Positions 37,951-52,019 of a stretch of 64,000 bases of DNA are shown piece by piece (position 1 is the first letter of the stretch; every line of letters starts with the position of its first letter). The position numbers and the translations under genes were made by a program. Location of the stretch: the NCBI GenBank assembly GCA_964016885.1, contig OZ024742.1, positions 196,230,001 to 196,294,000 on the forward strand, in the 5' to 3' direction. The notes below the pieces were generated by a model. It was given only the letters and a program-made list of their open reading frames with translations. It had not been told where the DNA came from and searched no databases. The DNA is from Eledone cirrhosa (taxonomy: Eukaryota).

Positions 37951-40436
37951 CATAATTATAATAATGAGGAAGAGGAGGAGGACAATAACATTAACAATGA
38001 TAATGTTTTAGTGTATATGAAAGGAATTGCAAAACAAAGGTTCAGGAGGACTCTTCAGTTGTGTCAAAGATATGACAACCTCCCTAGTGCTGGTGCCACA
38101 ATAAAATACATCCAATTCCAATGTACTATGTAGAATGTGGAAACTTAGTCCAACCCTTGCTACCAAGGAAAATGGACGTATAATGATGATGATATAACTC
38201 CCAACACTAACATTATATTCTATTTAAAACAAAGCGCATACTCACAATAAACCCGATGCAGTACATTACTTTCAAATTGATGTAACATGCTATTTTCAAC
38301 TTTTGTTGAATAGTAAAAGATAAAAAACAAAACACTTCTACATTTTAAACACAATCTCCCAACCTATTTCATACCAAACCACCTGAAACTGCCCCTGGTT
38401 CTATGATATAAAGCTGTTTATTTTAAAGTGTTTATATTTATAAGAAAACTTTTGTTAAGTTATGTTCTAATCATCAACTAAATAATGATTTCTGATTAGG
38501 CAATTTTGGGGAAAGGGAAAGTTGATTAAATTGACTCCAGTGCATTACTGGTACTTTATTTTATTTACCCCTTAAAGTTGAAAGGCAAAGCTAACCATGG
38601 CGGGATTTGAACTTACAATATAAAGGGCCGTAACTATGCTACACAGCATGTTGTCCAGTGCCCTACCAATACTGCCAATCCACTGCCCTATCATTAACTT
38701 AATGAGAAAGTTATATTACTAAATCTTTCCAAATTCTTGATTACTTTCAAAATTATTTGAAAATCATAGGCAGCGTCTTTCATTATATGGTTATACAAGG
38801 GTTAAATTACACACACCAATTCTTTAGTAAAAAATCTGTGACTTATCTATGAGTATACATAATAATATGGTCCAATATTTATTAAACTGATGAGGCCAAG
38901 AATGGACAGCCTGTATTTTTGTACTTTGTAAGATCAGTGTGTTCTTTCAATTACATGTTATAAGATCTTATAGTCCTTCTCTACACAAAAATTGAAGATA
39001 ACTGGATGAAAAAACCAGTCAGTAAGTGATTGTGGGCATCTTACCCCTTAATGTCCTGTACCACAAGAAATGGCATTAGCAAGACACTCTTGAAAAGTAC
39101 AAAACAGCATTATGACTACATCACTTTAAAAATAAATGTCTGTACTTTAATACAGCAAATATTCATGATCTGTTCATTATTAAGATATAAACATTTGAAT
39201 TAACAAACCCATTTTTTTTTAGTCATTTTCAACTAAATCATTACAGGATGTTAAGAATTAAACACATATCACAACCACACCTGATTTGATCCAATCACCA
39301 CAAGCTACTTAAAATGTTAACTTTCTACATGGTTATTAACTCATCCATGACCATATTTCTAATGAAAGATACTGCTTAAAAGTTTCAAATAATTTGGAAA
39401 ATAAACAAGAATTTGGAGCAATATTGTAATATAACTTATTTTTTCATTATTATGCTGGTGTTTGGGACATCAACACAGTTTTCTTCCATAAAAGATTTTT
39501 AGATTAATATAAACATTTTCTTAAATAAATAGTACTGTATAAAAGAACAAGGGGCAGTTTCAAGCAGTTTGGTATCAGAAGGGTTAGTTATACCTAGAAA
39601 GTCATGGGATGAAGTAGTGAAGACTAGAGTTAGGAAGTGAACTTTCCAACAGAAATAACAAAGGAGCATGATGACTGGTGACACATAATACAGAAGCAGA
39701 CCCACCCACCTGTGTAAACACAAGAAGCCTGATGTGCCCACCCCCATGTAATGCATCTTCTATGCAATTGGGATCTGGCCCATTCTAATCCATTCATATG
39801 GTACACCCCATACCACAATCATTTATTAGTTATTCTCATAATCCCTGTGCTACCTCACTCTATCTAAGATAACTCCAATCTCTCTCCCCCACATCACTTT
39901 CTTAAATCCCACTACACCTGTCATAAACTAATAGCATCATACTTGTTATCCTCTTTTACTCACAACCCTCATACTCTTACCCACCCAAAGCATCATATAT
40001 GGAATCCTTCTTTCCACCCCCTCATACTTTCACCCACTAAACATAGCTGTCGGGTAGGGGTGGGGTAAAGCTTCCCCCTTCCATAGGGTAGAGAAGACTC
40101 AAGTGAATGACGGAAATCTTAGCTGGTGCTACAATAAAATGCACCCTATACACCCTGCAAAGTAATTGGTGTTAGGAAAGGCAACCAGCTGTAGAACACT
40201 TGCCATATGAAGGGTCAGGAGAACTCTTCAGCTGTGTCTAGAGCACAGCAACACTCCTAGTGCTGGTGTCACAATCAAATGCACCCGGTACACTCTGTAA
40301 AGTGCCTATGCAAGAGAGATGCAGGAGCAATGGTCCATCTGAAAGGTCAGTTACTCTGATTATGCTTGACCTGTGATGACCTGTCCAACTCATGCCATTA
40401 TAGATAAACATGATAAATGAGGATCATATATATATA

Positions 40437-40685
40437 TCATCATCATCATCATCAACGTTTAACGTCCGTGTTCCACGCTTGCATGGGTTTGGACGGGGGT
40501 AGTCCCACTTGAGGCAAGAGTGATTGTCTTGCTCGCATAGGACTGTCTGGCAGGTTTTCTACAGTTGGATGCCCTTCCTAACACCAACCACATTTACAGT
40601 GTGGGTCTGGGAGGTTTTTACCGTGTTGCCTACACGGCCACATTACAGCGTGGACTGTGTGTTTTTTTGTCGTGACACCTACACG
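40437..40685 (-). mobile_element. Young RTE 3' UTR copy
   Basis: Almost identical reverse complement of ~13658-13900, flanked by (TA)n. Confidence 0.88.
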
Positions 40686-40696
40686 TGACACCTACA

Positions 40697-40727
<31 letters not shown>

Positions 40728-40919
40728 CTCACACATATGCTTTGCTAATACTACAATACTACAAACTTCACAAAACAGTTTGTAAAGCTGGTAGCTTCAG
40801 TGAAATTCAAACTGAATGTTCACTATTATGTTCACTATTAATAACAAATGCTATATATATGTGTGTGTGTGCATACATACGCACATATATACATACACTC
40901 ACATAAACACATATGAATA

Positions 40920-41118
40920 TACAGAGTCCGCCAATAAAATGCACACACACTTCAAGATAAGACATAGATATATTCAATTATTCAACAGTACATTTCTTGC
41001 ATCAAGATATCTCAACATGGAAATTCATCTTTTGTTTGTGTGTAGAGATTTAAACAAGTTAAATATTTCTACAAGTTTTTCTTTTCTTGAAGTATGTATA
41101 CCTTTTTGGCGGACTATA
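40920..41118. mobile_element. Tc1/mariner-type MITE
   Basis: TIRs ta-cagagtccgccaataaaatgcacacacacttcaaga / tcttgaagtatgtatacctttttggcggactata. Confidence 0.7.
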
Positions 41119-41144
41119 TATATATATATATGTGTGTGTGTCTG

Positions 41145-41219
<75 letters not shown>

Positions 41220-41275
41220 ATAGGTACATATGAAAATAAAATTAGGATTAGAATTCAACAGACTGGCAGAGGTAT

Positions 41276-41318
41276 ACAGTCCTAATGAAGGATAATGACC
41301 CAGAAACATGTTGATTGT
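41276..41318 (+). ncRNA. Decayed hammerhead motif (family D-like)
   Basis: acagtc ctaatga a ggataatgacc ca gaaac at gtt gattgt. 6-bp stem I; core G5 changed to A. Confidence 0.5.
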
Positions 41319-41744
41319 TCCTCAAAGCCAGTGTTGAACAGACAGGTAACAATTGGTCACTGGCATAGCACAGCTTCAAATCGGGCCCTTTGTTTACACA
41401 TGAATCAAATATTATTATTAACGTTCGATATAACCCGCACGCATGCGTGTGTGTGTGTGTACATGTGCATACTTATATATATATATATATATACACATAT
41501 AGTCACCTAAAAATGTATTTATGTATGTTTATATAAAAATGAGTAAGACGGACATGTGTGTGTATCATCATCATCATCGTTTAACGTCCATCTTCCACGC
41601 TTGCATGGGTTTGGACGAGAGTTTTCCCACTTGAGGCAAGATTGGTTGTCTTGCTCATATAGGACTGTCTGGCGGGTTTTCTACGGCTGGATGCCTTTCC
41701 TAACAACCACGTTTACAGTGTGGATATATATATATATAATCATT

Positions 41745-42080
41745 CATCATCATTTCATTTTATGTCTGCTTTTCCTTGTTTGCAAGGGTGGGACGGGAAC
41801 TGATTCTGGCTTGATTTCTACAGTTGGATGCCCCTCCTATCACCAACCTCATTTACAGTGAGTGCTGGGTCCTCTTTTGCCGTGGCACCTCCACGACCAC
41901 TTTTCAGTGGAATGATATGGACCCCAGTCCCTATCATCTCATTTCTACAGCTGAGTAAACTGGAGCAATGTGAAATAAAGTGTCTTGCTCAAGGAAACAC
42001 ACATCACCCGATCTGAGAATTGAATTCACAACCTTTCGATTGCAAGGTCAATGCTCTAACCACTAAGCCATGTGCCTCCA
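41745..42080 (-). mobile_element. tRNA-derived CORE-like SINE with RTE tail
   Basis: Full-length relative of 52915-53245. Confidence 0.88.
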
Positions 42081-42127
42081 TATAAATATATATATACCTC
42101 GTTCCTACTCATTATTTTGTCAGTATC

Positions 42128-42497
42128 GGGCGGTGGATTGGCAGTATCGGTAGAGAGTCGGACGCCATGCTTTCCAGCATAGTTACGTCCCTTTACGGTC
42201 TGAGTTCAAATCCCGTCGAGGTTAACTTTGCCTTTCATCCTTACGGGGTCGATAAAATAAAGTACCAGTAATGTACTGGGTAATTGCTGGCCTTGTGCCT
42301 AAAGTAGAAACAATTATTTTGTCAGTATCGGTAGAGGGTCGGACGCCATGCTTTGCAGCATAGTTACGTCCCTTTACGGACTGAGTTCAAATCCTGCCGA
42401 GGTTAACTTTGCCTTTCATCCTTACGGGGTCGATAAAATAAAGTACCAGTAATACACTGGGATAACTGCTGGCCTTGTGCCAAAAGTAGAAACAATT
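42128..42497 (+). mobile_element. Tandem pair of Meta-like SINEs
   Basis: tggcagtatcggtagag A-box-like, gagttcaaatcc B-box, gcctttcatccttacggggtcgataaaataaagtaccagt core; present twice. Confidence 0.88.
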
Positions 42498-43334
42498 ATA
42501 TAAACACACACACACACACACACACATATACCTCATTCCTACTCACGATAATATAAACATACATATGTATAGATATAATGGAATGTATATACACATATCT
42601 AAAAATGGCAACATTTACTAGTCATTAATAAGGATTGCCAGAAGAGTTTGTGCTGGACAGATACACACACACACATATGTGTATAAGAGAGATCAGAAGT
42701 AGGTATATAAGTAGTGAAGTCATTACACCACTCCACACTGCTTATCTACCAATACAGTAGTCTATGTTTCTGTCCTTAATTCAATGTCTGTCTGTCTGTC
42801 AGTCCACCTGTCTGTCAGTATATCTGCATGTCAATCAATCAGTTTATTAATGTGTGTGAGTGTGTGTGCCTGCATGTGCATGTGTGTGTGTCTAGTCGTC
42901 AAATGTGGATGCATGGTTATGTAGCTGTGCTTGAAGAGTTTATATTTATCTGAAAATCTTCCATCATAATTTTATATAAGAACTTTTTGATTATTCTTGA
43001 GTATTAAAATATTGAAAAATAATAGGCAGTGTCTTTCATCGGAAATATGGTAAAGAAAGTGTTAACAGAATGTTGATAATAGTGAATGACGATAAGTGTT
43101 GTGTCGGTACCAGTGTACGGTAGTAACAACGTACGTTCATAACAGTGTACAGTAGTAACAGTATATGTTGATAACGATATAGGTCACTTTCAATAGAGGT
43201 GGACAGTGGTGGTTGAGGTGGGGTAGCAGTAGTGAAGAAGTGGTGGTGAAGGAGCTGAAGATGTGGTGAAGGTGCTGATGATGTAGGTGTGGTGAAGGTG
43301 CTGTTGATGTAGTTGTGGTGATGGTGTGGAGGTC

Positions 43335-43678
43335 ATTCATCATCATCATTTCATTTTACGTCCGCTTTTTCCCTGCTTGCAAGGGTGGGACGGAAACTGA
43401 TGCTGGCTTGATTTCTACAGCTGGATGCCCTTCCTAACACCAACCTCATTTACAGTGAGTGCTGGGTGCTTTTTTGCCATGGCACCTCCACGACCACTTT
43501 GCAGTGGAATGATAATGACCCCAGTCCCTATCATCTCATTTCTACAGCTGAGTAAACTGGAGCAATGTGAAATAAAGTGTCTTGCTCAAGGAAACAACAC
43601 ATCACCCGGTCTGAGAATTGAACTCACAACCTTTCGATTGCAAGGCCAATGCTCTAACCACTAAGCCATGTGCCTCCA
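43335..43678 (-). mobile_element. tRNA-derived CORE-like SINE with RTE tail
   Basis: Full-length, little-diverged copy. Confidence 0.9.
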
Positions 43679-44689
43679 TTAGAGATATACTGACCACCAA
43701 TATTGTGGTAAGGATGCTATGCTGTAAATAATAGAGTGTTGCACCCCTAGTGTTCCAGAAAATCCAGAAATCTGTTGCGCACATACACACACAATATATA
43801 TATATATATGCTACCATGCAAAATGGACATGATATATATATATATATTGAAAATAGGAAGTGCACAGGACAAAGATAATGGAGAAAAAAACATCAGTTTC
43901 TCACCTAGTTAAGGAAATTACACAAATATAGAGTGTAAGGGCTTAGCCATAGGAGAAAAATAGTAAAACAGAAGAGAGTAAAGACTGCTGTCCAAAGTGC
44001 CTCAGCATGGCCGTGATCTAATGACTGAAGCCAGTAAAAGAATAAGACAATCTAAAATGTACACTAATTTGAAATATATTCGTGTTTACAGTGTTGCATA
44101 AACTAAATATTTGCCTATGAAAATCTGTTGGGAAAAACCAGCGTATAGTTTACCTAATGGACCTACAGACCTCAATTCAAAATACATGGTACATTGTAAA
44201 AATTGTAAGTAAAATAAAGGTGTGACTTATCTACTGGTGTGACAGGAATGATTTACAAGTGTAATATCCTGGTCAAATTTTATTGACATACAAGATAAGT
44301 TTAGATACAATATGATGCAACTTAACCCCTTTGTTGTAAAGTTTTAAATAAAAGACATTGTCTATGATTTTCAAATAATTTAGAGAATAATCAAGAACTT
44401 TTGAGTAATTTAGTAATACAACAAACTTTCTTATTATTAAGCTGGTGTTTGGAACATAACTTAACAAAGGTTGTTACAAATAGGCATTAGAACAATGATG
44501 ATGATGATTAATGGTGAAGATGATGATAATGGGGAAAGTGATGATGTTCCCTGCTAAAACTCTATGACAAGTTACTCCATTTCCCCCACTATCAGCTGCA
44601 TCATCCTCCATCTTTATCCATGTCTTACCCTTCCTCTACATCCTTCCATATTCATTTCTATCATCCAGTCACTTTTATTCTTCCTCAAC

Positions 44690-45300
44690 ACATATCTGTC
44701 TCATTTCATTTCTCTTCAGAACATTCATCATTGGTTCTATTCCTATCATCCTCTGCCAATTTATTGTTTGTTTTCCTCCCTCTCTCCATCTCTCTGTAAT
44801 ACCCCACTCATCCACTGGGCCATTCTCATTTCCGTTCTTTGCAGTCTTCTCTGTTGCTCCACTTTCATCATACATGTCTTGCTCCCATAAATCATGGCAC
44901 TATTCAAATATACACAATTTCCTTCAGTTTCACCCACGCTTCCATCCTCGTTAATACTCTCCATTCCTGGAACAACTTCCACGCACATCTCATTCTAGAT
45001 ACTATCACAGAGTCTGATTCACCTTCTCTATTCAACATGTCGCCAAGGTAACAAAAGTGTTTTCACATCTTCCATCTTCACACCATTCCCAAGATCCAGC
45101 TCAACATTCTCTCCATCTGTAGCTGCTTCCATAAACACTTTACAATGAAATGTGGCTGCCACATTATTTAATAATACTTTCAAATGACTACATTTTCAAT
45201 GTACCCACCCTGAGCATATTGTACATTTAATGGAGTTCACTAAAACACCTTTCCTGCACACTACATCTTGCCACCTTCCTGTTCTTTTCAGTTTGGAATA
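44690..45300 (-). mobile_element. Heavily decayed RTE fragment
   Basis: Minus strand CRKGV.VNSIKCTICSGWVH, FCYLGDM, SAMIYGSKT, RRLQRTEMRMAQWM. Confidence 0.75.
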
Positions 45301-45364
45301 TCTCTGTATGTTGTAAGGGGCAACTGAAAGAGTTGGTACTAGGAAGGTTATCTGGCCATTAAAA

Positions 45365-45770
45365 AATACCTCATGGTCTGAAAACAAAATTATCATACTT
45401 GATAACATTTGTTCAAATTTCATTTATGAAAACAAAGGGAAGTAAATCTCTAATCAGAGACACTACACGCAGTGACACATTCTTTGGCTCTAGCCTTTGC
45501 TTCAGCCACAAATTCAGCACTACTGTCTATAAGGCAGAGGAGCAGAAAATCTCCAAATATCAAAACTTGACTAACTGTTTCCTTTATGAGCTCGTTGCTG
45601 TCGACACTTCTGATGTCCTTAGTCTCAGGACTGTCATTTTCCTTTCAAAAATCAGAAGTGCATCCTGCCTGAAGAAGGGGCCCAGTGAGATAAATTGGCT
45701 GATGCAGCAGGTGTCGCTGGTCATTCTCTGGGACAATGCTCTTGCCATCTTATCTAGAAAGTGCTGCTGA
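45365..45770 (+). mobile_element. CRE-clade non-LTR retrotransposon C-terminal restriction-like endonuclease remnant
   Basis: KSLIRDTT.SDTF, AEEQKISKY, VAVDTS, WLMQQVSLVI..DNALAIL match the CRE pattern (WD.T..DT, AE..K..KY, AVET.G, QRLS.AI.RGNA). Confidence 0.7.
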
Positions 45771-46734
45771 GATATACTTCCCAGCCAGGGATGTAGAATT
45801 TGCCCTCTCCTTACTCTCTTCCTAGATATTATTTAATCTCATTTTTTAAAATACTTTCATTACTCCTGACTAAGTGATATATAATAGATAAAGGTTTTCT
45901 CTAGTGTGGAATAAAACTAGAGGAGGGAATGGTAGAGGAATAATAAAAATAAATACTCTTAGATATATTTATATTTCATAACAGAAAATTAATAACTTCC
46001 TATTGAAACACACACACACACATATATATATATATATGCGTGTGTGTGAGTCCCAGGTTGATGGGGGGAGGGGGTTTACCACAGTTGGTAAGGTACACAA
46101 TACTTTAGTAGAGTGTAAACATCAGGTTTAATATAGAAATGGCTTCTACAAGACTAGAACTGATTCATTCAGAAGAAATCATCACACATACACAGGCTTC
46201 TGCATTTTCCATCTATCAAATTCCCTTCACAAAGCAATGGCCAACTCAAGGCTATAGTAGAACAGTCTTTGCACATGGTGCTATATGGCATGAGCCCAGA
46301 ACAACTTGGTTGCAAAGTGAACTCTTTAAACACATAGTCATGCCTGTGCTCCCCACCACCATCCCCACACATACATATTGTAAAATTATTTTCTTCCTTA
46401 TTCCAGAATGTTTAAGACTCTCTATGGCCATTTTCAATTTCTATAGATTCCGTAATTGAAAATGCAGGATTTTACCCAACCAATGGCAGCAACATGGCAT
46501 CAATTTGGGACTTATGATTATGACAATGGATCCTTCATTAGTTTCTACAATAGTCAGTCGGTTGTTCGGACAATTGTACATCTAGCTCGTGAATTAACAT
46601 GCAAGTGGTTGAGTATTTGATCAACAGAATTTTCAGTTCATGAATTAACATGTTTCATACCAACCCACCTGAAACCACCCCTAGTTCAGTGATACTAAAC
46701 TGTTTGTTTTAAAGTATTTACATTTATTTAAAGA

Positions 46735-47110
46735 AAGGAAGCAGCCATGCTTTGTTGGATGTGCAATGTAAATGTGAGAGAAAATCAAAGCTTGGATGAA
46801 CTGAGGGAGAAGTTAGGTCTAAGAGGAATCTGAGCTGGTGTGCAAGAGAGAAGACTTCGTTGGTACGTAGATGTGATACGCATGGATGATGATCGATGGG
46901 TGAAGAGGTGCCAGGAAATGCAAGTGGAAGGAAGTCGTATTAGAGGCAGATTGAGAAAGACCTGGGTAGAGATGGTGAGAGCTGACCTCAAATCGCTGAA
47001 ACTCACAGAGATGAAGAAACATGGTCAGTGAAGAGATACTGTGCTGAAAAAGACCCATCCAACCCATGCAAACATGGAAAAAAATGTATATAAAAACGAT
47101 GACAATGATG
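46735..47110 (+). mobile_element. RTE 3' fragment nested in a TTAA MITE family B copy
   Basis: QERRLRWY.DVIRMDDDRWVKRC..GR.RKTW; homologous to 10800-11180. Confidence 0.85.
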
Positions 47111-47542
47111 ATTAAAGCCTTTCTTTCATAATTTCACATTAGGAACCATTAAGTTATGTTCTAAACACCAGCTGAATAATGTGAAAGTTATATGACTAAC
47201 CCCCTTTAACTTTTTGATTATTTTCAAAATTATTTGGAAATGCTAGGCAGTGTCTTTCATGAGAAATATGGTTAAGAAAAGATTAACCTTATTACTCAGT
47301 TCTCTCTACAATGTTTAATAAATTATTTTGATATTCATTTCCCCTTCAATATTTCTTTCAAACAAACTTTTAGAGAGGGATGGGGAAAGCCGACATATTT
47401 ATTTATGAAAAATCATCTATATTATGGTATATAAAAACATACACGTATGCTTTTTTTTTTTTTTTCGATTTATATCAGTTTCGAAAATTAGGTAGTAGCC
47501 ATTTGGCATCCAGACAAATTTACAGTACTTTATATGTATATA

Positions 47543-47621
47543 TACAGGGTATCCCCCCAAAATGCATACACATTTCAACAGCATTCTAATAAATATGTGT
47601 ATACATTTTTTGGGACACTCA

Positions 47622-47624
<3 letters not shown>
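47543..47624. mobile_element. Tc1/mariner-type mini-MITE
   Basis: TA-CAGGGTATCCCC...GGGACACTCAG-TA. Confidence 0.78.
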
Positions 47625-47702
<78 letters not shown>

Positions 47703-48789
47703 TGTGCGTGTGCGTGTGTGCGTGTGCGTGCGTGCGCACACACATACGAGCAGGCCTGTACTGTCAAAATTGACGGCAATTCATATATATATTAAAAGAT
47801 ATTTGTATAGCTTATGTGAAGGAATGGTGAATAGAGAATTTAAAACCCTGATAATGGATGAATTGAAGTGGAAGAAGGGGAGATTTACTAAATAGATGGA
47901 CAACTAGCCATAGGAGTTCTCCTAAATATATATCATTATGAAATTAAAGACCAATGTTACATTAATGTGTGTCAGTGTATTAGTTACATTTGCTGCAAAT
48001 ATATAAAACTTAACACTAAACAAATATCACTGTTGTATAACATATTTAGTTAATGTAATGCTTGGGTCAAATTTAAATAAACTGCTTTCTTCTACTTTTA
48101 CCCTTTCTATCTTTCCCTGCGTCTTTCTCTTATTTTATTCCGTCTATTTCTCTATTCCCCTTACTCTCAGTTTTTCATATTACTCATTAAAATGTGTAAT
48201 AGAATATTTGTGACAAACACTCCATTTCTCTTCCTCCTTTTGTCTTCTTTGATCTCTCTTTTCTCTCACAGCACTACAACAGAGTTTAAGGTACAGGAAG
48301 ATAAGATTTGTTAGTAAAATGGTATGAGTAAGAAAGAGAGAGGGATTAAAAAAAAAAACCTATACACACACATATATATACACATACGTACATATACATA
48401 TATATATATATATATGATGATGATGATGGCTGCAATTTGAATTTCGAGTAATGCCATCACTTGATACTTAAGCATGAGCATCACAGACATGGCGTTTTAG
48501 TCCTGCTGGGGACTTGCCTATGGGCAGCAATGCCATGCATTGCAAAAGAATGTCATATATCAAGTGATGCTTGTGCTTGAAGCTTTTTTAAATGAGGAAA
48601 GGCTTTGCATAGAGCCAATCCCACTCTCTGAACATCGAATGCATTTACCCAAAAAGTAGAGTTGGTCTACATCATTGGATGCAAACAAATCGCAAGTTTT
48701 ATATAAGAGTGACCTTCCCCTAGAGAGATGTCTTAATGAAGACTAGGAGTCTCTTTAGCAAAGACAGGAGATATACAAAGTGACATACA

Positions 48790-49065
48790 TATGGAAGACT
48801 GGAAGGGCTAACACAAAACATTGTCATTGAGACCTGAACCAACTGTGTAATGCTAAAGGCCCCATCTTCCACATCTAGAGTAAGGATACTGCAAACGCTT
48901 AGGGTTCAAGGAGCCACAGCTCTATTAATATTCTGTCAAATATCTGAGCAATCTACATGGAGTGGGTGTAGAAACATTTTATCATTCTAAGATATCAGAT
49001 GAACTCCCGTCATGACAAGAAGCACAAATGAGGGCAGCAGTGTTAATCTCCCTCATGCATCAATG
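48790..49065 (+). mobile_element. CR1/L2-like LINE 3' remnant
   Basis: Remnants of LGF.GPQLFNILP..L.NL.GV.V..F, DEP and RAA..NSL.HQ. Confidence 0.55.
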
Positions 49066-50028
49066 TCCAACCAAGGAAGGGCAGCTATAGAAAGTGTAGC
49101 AACAATGGCATCCCCCCATATATATATATATACATGTACATGCCAGGCCAAATTCTATTTTGGTTTATAGCTGAAACTTCATTTCCTCAGTGTAAGTGTG
49201 GTTCACTTGATACTTTCCAGTTAGACACACACACACACATACATTTACACAAACATTGAGAGCATATCATTCTGTATCTTTACTCGTCTTAAGATTTTGT
49301 TGTTGTTCAACCCTAGGTCAATCCGTGGCTCAAGTTCTGCTCCAGTTCTCCACCATACAAGAATCGATAGCAGCTAGTCTAGCAAGATGGTGTTAGTCAA
49401 GTGTCTCTGCTAGTATACACTCAGGTTGAGCAATGCCTTAGCAGTGAATTTTGGTAGATGGAAACTAAAAAAGTCTTTTATATGTTAGCAGCACAATACC
49501 TCCCACACTGCTGGAGTTCACCCCTCCCATCGACACATATGCTTGACATACTCCCCCTCACCAACATCCATAGGGTAGAGAGGGTTCTTGAATTAAGTCA
49601 ATGACTGACAGCCTCTCTAGTGCCAGTACCTTGAAAAATGCACCCAGTACATCCTGTAAAATGGCTAGTGATAAGAAGGGCATCTCGCTGAGAAACCATG
49701 CGAAAAGAGTTGAGAGGACTCTAGTTGTATGAGGCACCCAGCTATAGGAAGCCTGTTAGTCAAAGGCAAGGGAGGGCATTTTGAAGCCTTCCAAGAATGG
49801 TCATATTAGTAACATATTGGTCATGTGGATAGCAGTGGTTGTAAAGTATTATGGGAGTTTTAGGAAACATTAATTCACACATGGATTTAGGAACCCTATT
49901 GTCCCAAACTAAGCATAAAGAACTAATAAGGTAATGTGAAAAATACTTAATAAAAATGTTTTAACTGGAACACACTCATGTTTTCAATATAACGTCATCA
50001 CCATTTAATAGCCTTTTTTCCCATGCTG

Positions 50029-50078
<50 letters not shown>

Positions 50079-50248
50079 ATCATCTTTTCACACCACTTTT
50101 TTTCATATTATTATTACAATGTTTTTACACCTGTATCCCAATATTCCCCTCTTCACTACACCTTCCTTCTTATTATTATTCTTGCTTTTATTCTTGTTAT
50201 TTTTCATGTATCTATAAATACTAGTGCACTGTATCATATACACAAATC

Positions 50249-50358
50249 AGTATTCTGAAGATTTGGCCGATATCAATTGTAATTAAAATCGAGTGACGTA
50301 GCATTTTATGAACAGCGGTTTTTAGACACACCAGACTAATGAAACATTTGTTAATACT
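50249..50358 (+). ncRNA. Candidate hammerhead with ~75-nt stem II insertion (family H)
   Basis: agtatt ctgaaga t ttgg..[insert]..ctaa t gaaac attt gtt aatact. Perfect 6-bp stem I; AATAAA 3 nt downstream. Confidence 0.5.
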
Positions 50359-50699
50359 TTGAATAAACCCTATTGTACAGCCGATTCATGTTAGTCATAA
50401 TATATATTTACTATATAACATCCAGCCCACACTAAAGTGGTCATGTAGTTGTCACGACAAAAAGGACCCAGTCCACACTGTAGAGTGATCGTGTAGGAGA
50501 CAGTAAAAAGCACCCAGCACACACTGTAAAGTGGTCATGATGGCAACATGATAAAAAGCATCCAGCCATAGAAAACCAGCCAGAAACAGTCTTATACAAG
50601 CAAGACATGGTCACCCGACCCAACTTGCTACAAGTGGGACAAACCTATCTAACCTATGCTAGCATCGAAAACAGACGTTAAATGATGATGATCATCATA

Positions 50700-50773
50700 T
50701 ATTTACTTTATTAAGGCTAAATAGTGAGTTTTGTTACTCAGGAGTTTTCGCCTGTTTATTACAGGGCCATCAA
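50700..50773 (-). mobile_element. Decayed HHR family A fragment abutting (TA)n
   Basis: ttgttactcaggagttttcgcctgtttattacagggccatcaa is homologous to 10181-10222. Confidence 0.7.
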
Positions 50774-50782
50774 ATATATATA

Positions 50783-50862
50783 TACAGGTTGTCCCCCAAA
50801 AACGTATACACACTTTGATTACCTGTACAGACAATATTTATTAGAATGATATATACATTTTT

Positions 50863-50865
<3 letters not shown>
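50783..50865. mobile_element. Tc1/mariner-type mini-MITE, one end eroded by (TG)n
   Basis: ta-caggttgtcccccaaaaacgtatacac. Confidence 0.65.
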
Positions 50866-50915
<50 letters not shown>

Positions 50916-50968
50916 ACGTGTGTGTGTGTGTGTGTGTGTGTGCGTGTGCGTGCGTGCGTGCGTGGTAA

Positions 50969-51268
50969 TAATAATACAAGGACGATTTGTTAAGCCTTCA
51001 TTACGTTTATTGATTGGTGACGCGCGTTTCGCTTTTGATCAGCTCAGGGTTTGATCTGTATCGATCTGGCCCGGCTCCGGAATCAAAAGCTGATCAATAG
51101 CGAACTGCGTGTCACCAATCAATAAACTTAATGAAGGCTTAACAAATCGTCCTTGTATTATTATATTACACACTGTCTAGCTCTACACCCCGCTACAGAC
51201 GTGAATCTAAACATCGAGTGCTCATCTGGGTGAACCTACAGTAACTTCATGTTACACTCCCTGGAGAA
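50969..51268. mobile_element. Foldback element (hairpin 50969-51163 plus tail) with HHR 3' halves (family I)
   Basis: Minus strand ga gct gatcaaa agc gaaac gcgc gtc accaa (51014-51047) with palindromic ACGCGCGU. Tail atcgagtgctc. Confidence 0.75.
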
Positions 51269-51454
51269 TATATATAGATAGAGAGAGAGTGTGTGTATGC
51301 GGGGGGAGGGGGGCATAGGTAAAATCCTACTTGTGTGTGTATGTATATACACACACACACACACACACGTATATGGTTCAAGATAAATAAAGGCAAATAC
51401 AGAGATACGGTTACAGTCTCATTAGTTTCAGTATGTGTCTAATACACGCCTACA

Positions 51455-51497
<43 letters not shown>

Positions 51498-52019
51498 CAT
51501 ACACATATAAATATATATATATATAGACACCTTTGGTAATCAATATATAGTAATAGGGATAACGATTTTTAATAAAGCACTAAAAGAAGACGAAATTAAA
51601 TCTTTGGTCATGATGTTACATTTGTTTACTAATTGTGCACACGTGTTTCTCTATACCCCAAACAACATATTAACTGGCATTGTCTATATATTTAGACAGA
51701 AGGTGGACAAATCAAAAGAACCAATGAAAATATTAATTGATTTTCACACTTTTTTTCAAATCAAAGCAAAGTGTTTCTGTTGAGAACATTTTCGGACAGA
51801 ACAGCTTGACTGTGGTGCTTCTGAAAATGTGTATTTGTTCCACTTCACTGCATTCTGAGTTCAAATCCTGCCGAGGTCAACTTTACCTTTTATTCTTATG
51901 AGGTCAATAAAAATAAAGTACCAGTAACGCCAGTGTCCCAGCATGGCCTCAACCTGTTGGCTGGAACATGTTATAGAGTATGGGGTTAGTTTAATGGGAT
52001 TTCCTCTTCTCCTCAATTG

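Noticed and set aside
38887-38915. ctgatgaggccaagaatgg, an HHR-like start
   Set aside because: No GAAA or stem III/I follows.
47417-47895. Cluster of overlapping HT/CV-repeat ORFs (also 41025-41309, 50770-51054, 53887-54270, 61712-61979)
   Set aside because: (CA/TG)n and (TA)n microsatellite artefacts.
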